Shown piece after piece: positions 1 through 9,079 of a stretch of 64,000 nt of DNA. This DNA comes from Ostreococcus lucimarinus (Eukaryota): the NCBI GenBank assembly GCA_000092065.1, contig CP000581.1. The stretch is one strand, 5' to 3'. How positions within the stretch are numbered: position 1 is the stretch's first letter; each line of letters begins with the position of its first letter. The notes under the pieces were generated by a model that saw only the letters and a program-made list of their open reading frames with translations, made no database searches and was not told the DNA's origin. The translations under genes and the position numbers were made by a program.

Positions 1-2619
1 TTGATGTACGACGAAGACTATGGGGGACGCACTAAGTGTTGCGGGAAAAAGAAGAATGGCGGTTGCCATCGGGGTGGGCAACCAGTCGACAGGGAAACTG
101 GGAGAAAACTCCCTTTTTCCTCATTATGCAACATAAATTGGTGCCGCTCAGACCGCAAAGGTAGGACACACATGAAGTCTACAAAAGCTTGGGTCGAACC
201 CAGACATTCGCTCTTAAAATTGCCCTACTTTCGCGGAACCATCGTGAAAATGATAAGACTTGCCGGTGATTGGGCTCTTCTCGGGAACAATGAAACACAA
301 TCGATTCTGAAGCGTTATGCAGAAGATGAAAACGAATTCCATTCCAATTTTGCGGTGGCCTGGGATAAGGTGTTACGGAAGGGGTACTTCCTTGACGAGC
401 TGAAAACGTGTTCGAACGTGTCAGGACCGAAAGATGCGCAACTTCTTACTCGCCTAAGGGAGTACCAAGCTGCACTGTCGGCCAAACGCGCCAAACGCGT
501 GGCCAAAAATGCACGACGCGCCGGGGTCGAAGCCGAAAGTTCTGACCAAACATCGAATCTTGGAGATCAAAGTTCACACAACAAACTTGGACAACAAAGT
601 TCAGCACAAGAAGATGCAACCACAGATAAAACACTGCAAGTTGCAACGGCAACCATGGATGATGCGAAGTACGACGACGGGCTTGACACTGCAACGAACG
701 CATCGGATCTCGAGCAAGTTGTACCAAAGTCAATTTCAACGACCATTCAACATTGTGATAAGTTCAATGTGCTTGGTCTCGTCAAACACATCCGGTCAGA
801 GATACAGAAGCTCCCTCGAGATACTACACCTCTTGCGATAGGGCAAGAGCTCACTGCGGCGAGAGACGTAGTCATGGGACAAAACGTACAGATGAGCGAG
901 CCGACGCCTGCGCCTGCGCCCACACCTACGCCGACGCCTGCGCCTGCGCCTGCGCCTGCGCCTGCGCCTGCGCCTGCGCCCACACCCGCACCTTCGCCAG
1001 GAGTGGAGCAAAGCGACGAGTCCAGCAACGAAGATGGAGGTGACGCGAAAATCTACAGCTTGGAGCACGCAGGCGCACGGTGCGTAGGGCTGCCTCGTGC
1101 CAAGCGAGTGAAGCGAACGCGCAGTGTGGAGGAGTGTGCTGAGTTGGTGAAAAAACGTGGGCACCTCCACTTTGCCTTCCTCCGCAACACCGTGTGCTTG
1201 GAGCAGCCAAAACCGTGGAGCAAATGTCGTCGCATTCGCAAGGGCCGATTTGATCTTTACAAGATCAAAGCAGAGCCTGCGCCTCCTGCGCCTCCGCCTG
1301 CGCCTCCTGCGCCTCCTACGCCGTCTACGTGGTCGTCTACGTGGTCGTCTACACCTTCCACTTACAGTTACAGTGCAGCGACATGCAAGCGCGATCGTGG
1401 CAAGTTCGTTGATGGGAAATGCTGGCATATGGCTACGACTGACACATCTTGTGAAGAGACATGTGCTGACAAAAATCTTCAATATGATGAGGGCACGCAC
1501 CTGGGCTCGCCGAAGAACCCTGAGACCTGGGACAAGTGTGTGGCTGTCGCCCAGATGTTTAAAAAGCAGGCAAGGACGAATGGGCCAGCGATCGGCGGGG
1601 GTGGTGGCTGTGGCTGTTCAGTCTTTAAGATTCCTGTTTACGGTACGAATGATGCAGTTCGCCTGAGTGGCGCCAATACTACGAGCCCCGAGTGTTGGAA
1701 GATGGGCCCAATCCAAGCACGTCTCTGCGCATGCAAACCAGCATCAGCTGTTGGCGCAAGTTGCACCTCTTCCTCAAGCTGCTTGAACGCTTATTGTAAG
1801 TCAGGCGTTTGCACGAGTTTTTTGGCCCAGAACAGTGCATGCACCGAGCACGCTTCGTGCGTGACAGGCTATTGCTCACCAACGGAACGTAAATGCACGA
1901 CGGTGTCATGGAAGTCACAAAAAGGCGCGTATGCCAAAAAGTACTATAACGCTGGTAAAAAGAAATTCAGGGTTATGCCAAAACAGAAGAACGTACCTGA
2001 TTGGGAGGCGATGACGACGTTTCCAAAGGGTTTTTGTATCGGAAATGACAGCGCCGGTTGCTTGATAGCACGCGGTGTCAACCGCCAGAAGACGATTCAA
2101 AAAGCCAAACAGCGTTGTGCGTCGTCTGAGGAATGCGTGGCTGTTTGGTGTTGCGCAACAGGATGTCCAGCCACGACGTGTCATGCAGTCAAGACTAGAA
2201 CTCCAAATTACGCGGCGAACGATTGCCCGCTCTTTCCTGGAAGCTTCCGCGAGACCAAATACCCGGCTACGTTCTATACTAAAGACACGGAGGGCGCTCA
2301 AGTACACGAGTCACCGCGAAACATCGTGACGGAAGTGGACATTGCTGCGAGTGCCGATGAAGGGGAAAACATGTACAGTCGGATAAAAGGAGGGAAAAGA
2401 AGGAAGGTAGACGCAAAGCAATGCCCCTTACAAAAATTGAAAGCGCACACCTTGGACGAGTGCGCTGAGATGGTGAGGGAACACGGAAGCCTTCACTTTG
2501 CCTTCGGACATAAAAGGTGCTTTTTGGCCAAACAACCGTGGAGCGAATGCGAGACGAGCCATGGCAAGTATGATCTTTTTCAAATCGACGAACACGCACG
2601 CGACGACGATGAAGATTGA
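1..2619 (+). CDS. 5'-truncated multi-domain secreted protein. The N-terminal part is the C-terminal end of a class-I heme peroxidase (APX/CCP-like); then come (Pro-Ala)n linkers and two PAN/apple-like Cys-rich modules. Stop TGA at 2617-2619.
   Basis: One 872-codon frame with no stop from base 1. Residues ~60-130 (KAWVEPRHSLLKLPYFRG...ILKRYAEDENEFHSNFAVAWDKVLRKGYF) match the APX C-terminal block (PLIFDNSYF...[28 protein letters not shown]). There are two SVEECAELV...HLHFAF...C.L...PWS.C...G.YDL modules at ~1060-1265 and ~2410-2590, plus a Cys-rich region between them. Confidence 0.55.
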   Translation: MMYDEDYGGRTKCCGKKKNGGCHRGGQPVDRETGRKLPFSSLCNINWCRSDRKGRTHMKSTKAWVEPRHSLLKLPYFRGTIVKMIRLAGDWALLGNNETQSILKRYAEDENEFHSNFAVAWDKVLRKGYFLDELKTCSNVSGPKDAQLLTRLREYQAALSAKRAKRVAKNARRAGVEAESSDQTSNLGDQSSHNKLGQQSSAQEDATTDKTLQVATATMDDAKYDDGLDTATNASDLEQVVPKSISTTIQHCDKFNVLGLVKHIRSEIQKLPRDTTPLAIGQELTAARDVVMGQNVQMSEPTPAPAPTPTPTPAPAPAPAPAPAPAPTPAPSPGVEQSDESSNEDGGDAKIYSLEHAGARCVGLPRAKRVKRTRSVEECAELVKKRGHLHFAFLRNTVCLEQPKPWSKCRRIRKGRFDLYKIKAEPAPPAPPPAPPAPPTPSTWSSTWSSTPSTYSYSAATCKRDRGKFVDGKCWHMATTDTSCEETCADKNLQYDEGTHLGSPKNPETWDKCVAVAQMFKKQARTNGPAIGGGGGCGCSVFKIPVYGTNDAVRLSGANTTSPECWKMGPIQARLCACKPASAVGASCTSSSSCLNAYCKSGVCTSFLAQNSACTEHASCVTGYCSPTERKCTTVSWKSQKGAYAKKYYNAGKKKFRVMPKQKNVPDWEAMTTFPKGFCIGNDSAGCLIARGVNRQKTIQKAKQRCASSEECVAVWCCATGCPATTCHAVKTRTPNYAANDCPLFPGSFRETKYPATFYTKDTEGAQVHESPRNIVTEVDIAASADEGENMYSRIKGGKRRKVDAKQCPLQKLKAHTLDECAEMVREHGSLHFAFGHKRCFLAKQPWSECETSHGKYDLFQIDEHARDDDED
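904..996 (+). repeat. (CCTGCG)n-type hexanucleotide tandem repeat encoding (PA/PT)n
   Basis: ccgacgcctgcgcctgcgcc... reiterated and translating to PTPAPAPTPTPTPAPAPAPAPAPAPTPAPSP. A second tract at 1274-1350 encodes PAPPAPPPAPPAPPTPSTWSSTWSST. Confidence 0.9.
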
Positions 2620-2620
2620 G

Positions 2621-2718
2621 TCCCAAGAAATGAAATCCTTTACAAGTTTACAAGAAATGAAATCCTTTTACAACAATTTTTGATCACCATCCTTTTTAAA
2701 CAATTTTGATCACCATCG
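2621..2718. repeat. AT-rich tandem duplications immediately 3' of the stop codon; probable 3'UTR/terminator region
   Basis: caagaaatgaaatcctttacaag occurs twice and caattt(t)tgatcaccatc twice. This is a sharp local GC drop in an otherwise GC-rich region. Confidence 0.6.
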
Positions 2719-2865
2719 TCTCTCTCGTCAGTCTCCCGCGTCGCGTCGTCATCGCGCGCACGCACCGGCACCTCGCGACGACTCTCGCGTCGGTCGTCGA
2801 ACGTCAACACGCCGAGACACGTGCGCGCGCCCACCGTCTCGCGCGAGGACGACGACGGTGAAGAC

Positions 2866-2910
2866 GACGCATCGTCTCGCGACGCATCGTCTCGCGACGC
2901 GTCGGCTCGC
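2866..2910. repeat. 15-nt tandem repeat x3 (gacgcatcgtctcgc) in a non-coding GC-rich spacer
   Basis: gacgcatcgtctcgc gacgcatcgtctcgc gacgcgtcggctcgc. Confidence 0.8.
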
Positions 2911-3254
2911 GACGAGCGCTCCTCCACGCGCGCGCGAGGGCGCGCGTCCGCGCGTGGCGCGACCGGCGCGCGGGCGCGACCGACGGCGCGAGGCGCTGGC
3001 TATGTGTACGCACTCATAGTAGTGGTCACGATGACGTATCGTGCGCGTTCTTCACCCATCTATTTGCATTCCTCGACATCGCACTCGTAGTAGTGGTCAC
3101 GACGGCGGGAAAACCACCGTTCCTCCGCGGCTCACTGTTTGCGCATAGAGAAAAATTCCGGCGTGGTCGCCCGCGTCAGGAGGGACTCTTGGAGGTGTGT
3201 GACTCGTCGCTACATCTTAAACCTCGTGCGGAGATAGATCCCTTGCGGAGACGA

Positions 3255-3296
3255 TTACGCCGACGAGGGGAGACGATCGACGCGCGCGCGCGCGCG
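3255..3296. repeat. 42-bp direct repeat, copy 1 (ttacgccgacgaggggagacgatcga(cg)8)
   Basis: Identical to 3958-3999, and the two copies bracket the PLAC8 gene. Confidence 0.85.
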
Positions 3297-3452
3297 GGAC
3301 GCGGCATACATCGACGCACCGCGCGCCAAAACTCTCAAAGTATCGTCACCGAGCGCACACGCTCGATTTTGACGCATCTCGACGCACGTTTGTAACGCGC
3401 GCGACACCTGTTCAATCCTCAATCGGATCACTCAATTAACTTTTAAAACACC

Positions 3453-3836
3453 ATGCCGGAACGTAACCCTGGTTTGGCTTACATGATGCACGTCCCCGGT
3501 GGCTGCATGGAGGACACCGGCGATTGCTGCTACGCGTCCTGCTGCCCGGCTTGCCACATGGGTTCGATCGCGGACAGAACGAACACGGGCAGCTTCTGCA
3601 TGACGGCCGCTATCGCGAGTTGTCTCGGCCCATTCTCGCCCCTCTACTTGAAGTGCGTCGCGAGCAAGGCTCTCGAATCCGTCGGCGTCAAACCGGTCGG
3701 ATACGTGGAATCCTGCTCCATGCCGAGTTGCGTGGCGTGCCAAGTCAGCCGCGAGATCAACGAGAGAAAGCAAATGGGCGGCAAGACCGGCGGCGCGCCC
3801 ACCGCCGCTCCGACGGCGCAAACCGTCGCGCGATGA
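3453..3836 (+). CDS. PLAC8 / DUF614 (FW2.2 / cell-number-regulator-like) Cys-rich protein
   Basis: ATG at 3453. CCYASCCPAC...CLGPFSPLY is the PLAC8 signature. 127 aa. Confidence 0.7.
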   Translation: MPERNPGLAYMMHVPGGCMEDTGDCCYASCCPACHMGSIADRTNTGSFCMTAAIASCLGPFSPLYLKCVASKALESVGVKPVGYVESCSMPSCVACQVSREINERKQMGGKTGGAPTAAPTAQTVAR

Positions 3837-3957
3837 TTCCAATCATCATCCACTCGCGCCTCGGCCGACGCCATCGGCCGCGCGACGCCTCTGCGTTCGT
3901 CAACGACGACACAGCACGCACGACAATTACAATAAGTTTAATATGAATGACACGCAC

Positions 3958-3999
3958 TTACGCCGACGAGGGGAGACGATCGACGCGCGCGCGCGCGCG
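3958..3999. repeat. 42-bp direct repeat, copy 2
   Basis: Exact copy of 3255-3296. It lies in the convergent 3' region between the PLAC8 gene and asd. Confidence 0.85.
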
Positions 4000-4017
4000 A
4001 ATATTATATTGAAAAGC

Positions 4018-5169
4018 TTACTTGAGGAGGAGTTCGGCGCATTGCACGGCGTTTAAGGCGGCGCCCTTCTTGATTTGGTCACCACACACGAACAAATCCA
4101 AGCCCTTGTTGTTGGGCTGGGAGATGTCTTGACGGATGCGACCGACGTAGACGTCGTCGTTATCCGTGGCGTCGAGCGGGGTGGGGAAACGGTTGGCGGC
4201 GCGATCGTCGATGATGGAAACGCCCGCGGCGGAGGACAAGATTTCTTTCGCCTTGACTTCATCGAGCGGGTTCTTCAACGTCAAGTTGATGGATTCCGCG
4301 TGCGCACGCATCACCGGCACCCGAATGCACGTGGCGGTGATGTTGACGTCTTTGAAGTCCCAAATCTTTCTCGTCTCCTTGACCATCTTCATCTCTTCCT
4401 CGTTGTAACCATTCTCCGTCATCGGGGCGTTGTGAGAGAACAAGTTGAACGCATACTGCCACTGGAAGATTTCCATCGTCTTGCACTCACCGTCGTTCAC
4501 CACTTCTCTCGTTTGTTGCTCCAACTCCTTCATCGCGAGCGCGCCGGCGCCGCTCGCCGCTTGGTACGTCGACACGACGATACGTTCGACGCCCACGGCG
4601 CGGTGAATCGGCGTCACCGCCATGAGCGCGATGATGGTGGAGCAGTTCGGGTTCGCGATGATCCCAGCCTTACCACCGAGCTTCAAGTGCGCCATGGCTT
4701 CCGGATTCACCTCCGGAATCACCAACGGCACCCCATCCGTCATGCGAAACGCGCTCGAGTTATCCACCACGAAGCACCCCTTCTCCACCGCCACCGGTCC
4801 AAACTTTTTCGAGATCGACCCCCCCGCGGAGAACAACGCGATATCTTGCCCATCGAACGAGCTCTCCGTCAGTTCCTCCACGACGTACGTCTCGCCGTCG
4901 AAATCCACCTTCGACCCCGCGCTTCGCGCGCTCGCCAGCATCTTCATCTCGCTATACGGAAAGTCCCTCTCCTTGAGCACGCGCAGGAACTCCTGTCCGA
5001 CCGCGCCCGTGATTCCCGCGATGACCACCTTCGGTCCGTCCGCCGTTCGCTTCGCCTCGACGCGCACCGCCCCTCGCGTCCCGCGCGCGCCCCGCGCGAT
5101 CCTTTTCGTCGTCGCTTTCAGCGCGTTCGCGTTCGCGATTCGCGCTCTCGCGCTCGTCGTCGCGCGCAT
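4018..5169 (-). CDS. asd: Aspartate-semialdehyde dehydrogenase, bacterial/plastid type, with an N-terminal Arg/Ala/Thr-rich transit-peptide-like extension
   Basis: VVIAGITGAVGQEF...IIANPNCSTI...STYQAASGAG...DLFVCGDQIKKGAALNAVQ. The first ATG in frame is at 5169-5167; the ORF-track start at 5235 is a GTG. Confidence 0.9.
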   Translation of the reverse strand: MRATTSARARIANANALKATTKRIARGARGTRGAVRVEAKRTADGPKVVIAGITGAVGQEFLRVLKERDFPYSEMKMLASARSAGSKVDFDGETYVVEELTESSFDGQDIALFSAGGSISKKFGPVAVEKGCFVVDNSSAFRMTDGVPLVIPEVNPEAMAHLKLGGKAGIIANPNCSTIIALMAVTPIHRAVGVERIVVSTYQAASGAGALAMKELEQQTREVVNDGECKTMEIFQWQYAFNLFSHNAPMTENGYNEEEMKMVKETRKIWDFKDVNITATCIRVPVMRAHAESINLTLKNPLDEVKAKEILSSAAGVSIIDDRAANRFPTPLDATDNDDVYVGRIRQDISQPNNKGLDLFVCGDQIKKGAALNAVQCAELLLK

Positions 5170-5504
5170 CGTCGTCGTCCGCTCGTCCCTCGTCCCTCGT
5201 CGGCGCTCGTCGCGGCGCGTCGGCGTGTGTCGCACCGCGCGCGCGTCGCCTCTCTTTTGGGGTTTCTCGACGCGCGCTGATCTTCGCCATACGAGGGTGT
5301 TTTTCGACGTTCGCCGCGCGAGGGTTTTTTTCGACGCGCGCGAATCGAACGAATCGAATCTCGCGCGCGAGGGCGCGACGCGACGGACGCAGATCGCGAC
5401 GCGCGCGAACGCCGAGCGAAGGCGGAACGCGCGAAGGCGCGAAGGCGCGAACGCGCGAAGGCGCGAACGCGAGCGACGGACGCGGGACGCGACGGCGAGC
5501 GACG
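5170..5504. promoter_or_regulatory. Shared divergent promoter between asd (-) and COPB2 (+), containing tandem gcgcgaaggcgcgaa(c) repeats at 5424-5475
   Basis: Head-to-head start codons are 335 bp apart. The spacer is GC-rich and repetitive. Confidence 0.5.
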
Positions 5505-8300
5505 ATGCCGATGCGGTTGGACATCAAGCGCAAGCTCGTGCAGCGGAGCGACCGGGTGAAGGGGGTGGAGATACACCCCACGGAACCGTGGATACTGACG
5601 AATCTGTACTCGGGGAACGTGGCGATATGGGATTACGAGACGAACGCGCTGGTGAAGTCGTTCGAGGTGACGGAACTGCCGGTGAGGACGTCGAAGTGGA
5701 TCGCGCGCAAGCAGTGGATCGCGACGGGGGCGGACGACATGTTCCTGAGGGTGTATAATTATAACACGTCGGAGTTGGTGGTCGGGTTCGAGGCGCACAG
5801 CGATTACATACGGTCGATCGCGGTGCATCCGACGCAACCGTACGTGGTGACGTGCTCGGATGATATGCTCATCAAGCTTTGGGATTGGGAAAGGCAGTGG
5901 GACTGCGCGATGGTGTTCGAGGGACACTCGCACTACGTGATGCACGTGGTGTTCAACCCGAAGGATACGAACACGTTCGCCAGCGCCTCGCTCGATCGCA
6001 CCATCAAGGTGTGGAACGTGACGTCGCCGGTGTGCAATTTTACGCTCGAGGGTCACGAAAAAGGGGTCAACTGCGTCGACTACTTCGCCGGCGGCGATCG
6101 CCCGTACCTCATCTCCGGCGCTGACGATAAGTTGGCTAAGATTTGGGATTACCAGACGAAATCGTGCGTTCAAACGCTCGAAGGTCACGCGCACAACGTT
6201 TCGGCGGTGAGCTTCCACCCCGAACTTCCCGTGATCATCACCGGGAGCGAGGACGGGACGCTGCGCATCTGGCATCAGAATACGTATCGCTTGGAGAACA
6301 CGCTCAACTATGGATTGGAGCGGGTTTGGGCGATCGGTTGCTTGAAGGGATCGAATTCGGTGGCGATCGGTTACGACGAAGGGACGGTGATGTTCAAGAT
6401 CGGTCGCGATGAGCCCGTGGTGAGCATGGACAGCACCGGTAAGATCATCTGGTGCAAACACAACGAAGTGCAGACGACAAACGTCAAGGCGCTTCCGGCG
6501 GATTACGAAGCCGCGGACGGTGAGAGACTGCCGTTACCGGTGAAGGAACTCGGTAACAGTGAACTGTACCCGCAGAGCTTGGCGCACAACCCGAACGGAC
6601 GGTTCGTTGCCGTTTGCGGCGACGGCGAATACATCATCTACACCGCCCTCGCGTGGAGAAATAAGAGCTTCGGGAGCGCGATTGAATTCGCTTGGAGCAT
6701 CGATCCCAGCGAGTTCGCTGTTCGTGAAAGTTCGAGTAAGATTAAAGTTTTCAAGAACTTTACGGAAAAGAACGCTTTCCGCCCTAATTTCACCGCTGAA
6801 GGTTTGCACGGCGGCGCATTGCTCGGTCTTCGCTCGACGGATTTCATTTGCTTTTACGATTGGGATGAGTGCCGTGTCATTCGTCGCTTGGATGTGTCGG
6901 TTAAAAACGTCATCTGGAGTGAGTCGGGTGAAATGGTCACCATAGTAAGCGATACGAGCTTCTTTATCCTGCGATACAACCTTGAAGCGACTGCGGAGGC
7001 TTTCGCATCTGGACACGTGGACGAGAGCGAGGGCGTTGAAGAGTCGTTCGAGCTGATTTCCGAAATCAACGAGTCGGTCAGCACGGGTATTTGGGTGGGA
7101 GATTGCTTCATCTACACTAACACCGATAAGCGTTTGAACTACTGCGTCGGTGGCGAAGTGACGACCCTTACACACTTGGATCGTTCCATGTTCATCTTGG
7201 GTTACCTCGCGGCGCAAAACCGTGTCTTCTTGATGGACAAGAATTTTGCCGTCGTGTCCTTTACTTTGCTGTTGACCGTGGTCGAATTCAAGACATTGAT
7301 CCTTCGCGGTGAGTTGGAGGCCGCAGAGGAAGTTCTCGAGACGATCCCGGTCGATCAGCACAATTCCATCGCGCGCTTCCTCGAGTCTCGCGGCTTGGTG
7401 AGCGACGCCTTACGCATTGCGACCGACCCGGATTTCAAGTTTGAACTCGCTGTTCAATTAGGTGAACTCGATATCGCCCGAGAAATCGTAGAAACGGAAG
7501 GTGCGAATGAGTCGAAATGGAAGCAACTCGGTGAGCTTGCGATGTCGAATGGTGACCTCGAGCTCACGAACAAGTGCTTAGAAAAGTCTGGAGATTTGTC
7601 TGGTCAGTTGTTACTTGCGACCTCATCTGGATCACCAGAGACGCTCAAGCAACTCGTGGAGGAATCGAAACTCAAGGGTAAGAACAATGTGGCGTTTGTA
7701 TCGATGTTCATGCTGAAAGATATCGATGGTTGCATCGACTTATTGATCGAGACAAAGCGTATTCCCGAGGCGGCGTTCATGGCGCGCACATATGCGCCGA
7801 GTCGTGTATCTGAAATCATCGCATTGTGGAAGGATGACTTGAGTAAGGTAAACAAGAAGGCAGCCGAGGCTTTAGCCGATCCAGCGGGACATCTGGAGTT
7901 ATTCGAAGGCTTTGATGAGGCACTCGACGCGGAAAAACACGCCAGAGCGCAAGCGGGCGCCCAGGCCGACGCGTGCGAATATGGCGTCGGGCTCGCCGTT
8001 GACAAGCTTACGGATGCGATCGACGACATCGATGTGAACGAGCAACAAGATCAGTCAGAAGCTGTAGCGGAGCCCGAAATCGAGGAAGAGGCGTCGCCGG
8101 AATCCGATATCGCGGTGGAGCCAGAATCTGAAGTGGTGGATGAGGCGGAACAGGAAGTCGAGGCAGAACAGGAAGTCGAGGCGGAACAGGAAGTCGAGGC
8201 GGAACAGGAACCCGAGGTATCATCCGGCGAGCCAGCCGCAGATGGTGGTGAAGAGGATTGGGGTTTGGACGATGACGCCGCACCGGCGAAGGCTGATTAA
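5505..8300 (+). CDS. COPB2: Coatomer subunit beta-prime (COPI beta'): WD40 propellers plus an alpha-solenoid, with an acidic (EQEVEA)n tail
   Basis: MPMRLDIKRKL...HPTEPWILTNLYSGNVAIWDYET...IKLWDWE... is strongly COPB2-like across 931 aa. Single exon. Confidence 0.95.
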   Translation: MPMRLDIKRKLVQRSDRVKGVEIHPTEPWILTNLYSGNVAIWDYETNALVKSFEVTELPVRTSKWIARKQWIATGADDMFLRVYNYNTSELVVGFEAHSDYIRSIAVHPTQPYVVTCSDDMLIKLWDWERQWDCAMVFEGHSHYVMHVVFNPKDTNTFASASLDRTIKVWNVTSPVCNFTLEGHEKGVNCVDYFAGGDRPYLISGADDKLAKIWDYQTKSCVQTLEGHAHNVSAVSFHPELPVIITGSEDGTLRIWHQNTYRLENTLNYGLERVWAIGCLKGSNSVAIGYDEGTVMFKIGRDEPVVSMDSTGKIIWCKHNEVQTTNVKALPADYEAADGERLPLPVKELGNSELYPQSLAHNPNGRFVAVCGDGEYIIYTALAWRNKSFGSAIEFAWSIDPSEFAVRESSSKIKVFKNFTEKNAFRPNFTAEGLHGGALLGLRSTDFICFYDWDECRVIRRLDVSVKNVIWSESGEMVTIVSDTSFFILRYNLEATAEAFASGHVDESEGVEESFELISEINESVSTGIWVGDCFIYTNTDKRLNYCVGGEVTTLTHLDRSMFILGYLAAQNRVFLMDKNFAVVSFTLLLTVVEFKTLILRGELEAAEEVLETIPVDQHNSIARFLESRGLVSDALRIATDPDFKFELAVQLGELDIAREIVETEGANESKWKQLGELAMSNGDLELTNKCLEKSGDLSGQLLLATSSGSPETLKQLVEESKLKGKNNVAFVSMFMLKDIDGCIDLLIETKRIPEAAFMARTYAPSRVSEIIALWKDDLSKVNKKAAEALADPAGHLELFEGFDEALDAEKHARAQAGAQADACEYGVGLAVDKLTDAIDDIDVNEQQDQSEAVAEPEIEEEASPESDIAVEPESEVVDEAEQEVEAEQEVEAEQEVEAEQEPEVSSGEPAADGGEEDWGLDDDAAPAKAD
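8146..8217 (+). repeat. 18-nt tandem repeat x4 (gcggaacaggaagtcgag) encoding (EQEVEA)4 in the COPB2 C-terminal tail
   Basis: Visible reiteration gaacaggaagtcgaggc(a/g). Confidence 0.9.
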
Positions 8301-8377
8301 AATCACACTAGCTTGATGTAAATACGAGAGGCAAACCTTGCGTTGCGCCAGCAGCCACAGAGTACGACTCGGTCGAC

Positions 8378-9022
8378 ATGCCGCACGTTCGCGCACTCAC
8401 GGTAACGTGCGGGAACGCGGGAAAGAAAAAAGCATCCGCGGCATCAAAGCAGCAATCTGCGGCGTCCAAGAAGTCGTTGGCGTACCGCGTTTCCCGTGGC
8501 GGGCTGACGCTGGAGAAGATTCCGCAGCCGTTAGTCGAACGCTCGCCGTCCGTCGCTCTGGCCTTCACTTACCTCGGTGACGCGGTTTGGGAGCTCTACG
8601 CTCGACAACACATGATTCTAAAGCGCGTCACGTCGAGCGAGAGCGCGTCGACGTCGGGAAGGGCCATCAGGCCTCAAGACGGCGTCTCCAAGGGCTGGTG
8701 CAGCGCCAAAGCCATGCACGCACACCTGAATAGGCTTCTTGAACAGGATTTATTGACAGATCAAGAGCTCGCGGTGTTGAAATGGGGAAGAGATTTCGGA
8801 CACGAGTCGCGGTCGGGACATAAAGGGGATGTGCACAGGGACGCAAGCGCTTTGGAGGCGCTTGTGGCGTACCTGTATTTATTCGAGAGCGATAGGTTGC
8901 ACGAAGTATTAGAGCTGTGCGGCATGACCTTTTGCGGGAAGCCTCTGAACGGGCTCGTGGGAATCGCGGACGCAACGCTCGAGACGATGGACGCCCTGAA
9001 TTTCGACGTTGAGGCGGTTTGA
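8378..9022 (+). CDS. Mini-ribonuclease III (RNase III-domain-only protein; plant RNC3/4-like, organellar rRNA maturation)
   Basis: ALAFTYLGDAVWELYARQHM is the RNase III catalytic signature, and the 214-aa size fits the Mini-III class. It starts only 77 nt after the COPB2 stop. Confidence 0.7.
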   Translation: MPHVRALTVTCGNAGKKKASAASKQQSAASKKSLAYRVSRGGLTLEKIPQPLVERSPSVALAFTYLGDAVWELYARQHMILKRVTSSESASTSGRAIRPQDGVSKGWCSAKAMHAHLNRLLEQDLLTDQELAVLKWGRDFGHESRSGHKGDVHRDASALEALVAYLYLFESDRLHEVLELCGMTFCGKPLNGLVGIADATLETMDALNFDVEAV

Positions 9023-9079
9023 TGATACCGTTCATCGCATAGATTTAGACTCAATATAGCAATTTCACTACCGTCAAGC

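Noticed and set aside
2720-3452. A hidden gene in the 730-bp GC-rich gap upstream of PLAC8
   Set aside because: Only short Arg/Asp/Ser-rich ORFs with tandem 15-mers. This is more consistent with a promoter/5'UTR region than coding sequence.
4075-5280. 401-aa plus-strand ORF antisense to asd
   Set aside because: Arg/His/Val-rich low-complexity translation, typical of the wrong strand of GC3-rich coding DNA. It fully overlaps a well-supported gene.
5118-6461. 447-aa minus-strand ORF antisense to asd promoter and COPB2
   Set aside because: Arg/Pro/His-rich with no domain signal. It is an artefact of GC richness.
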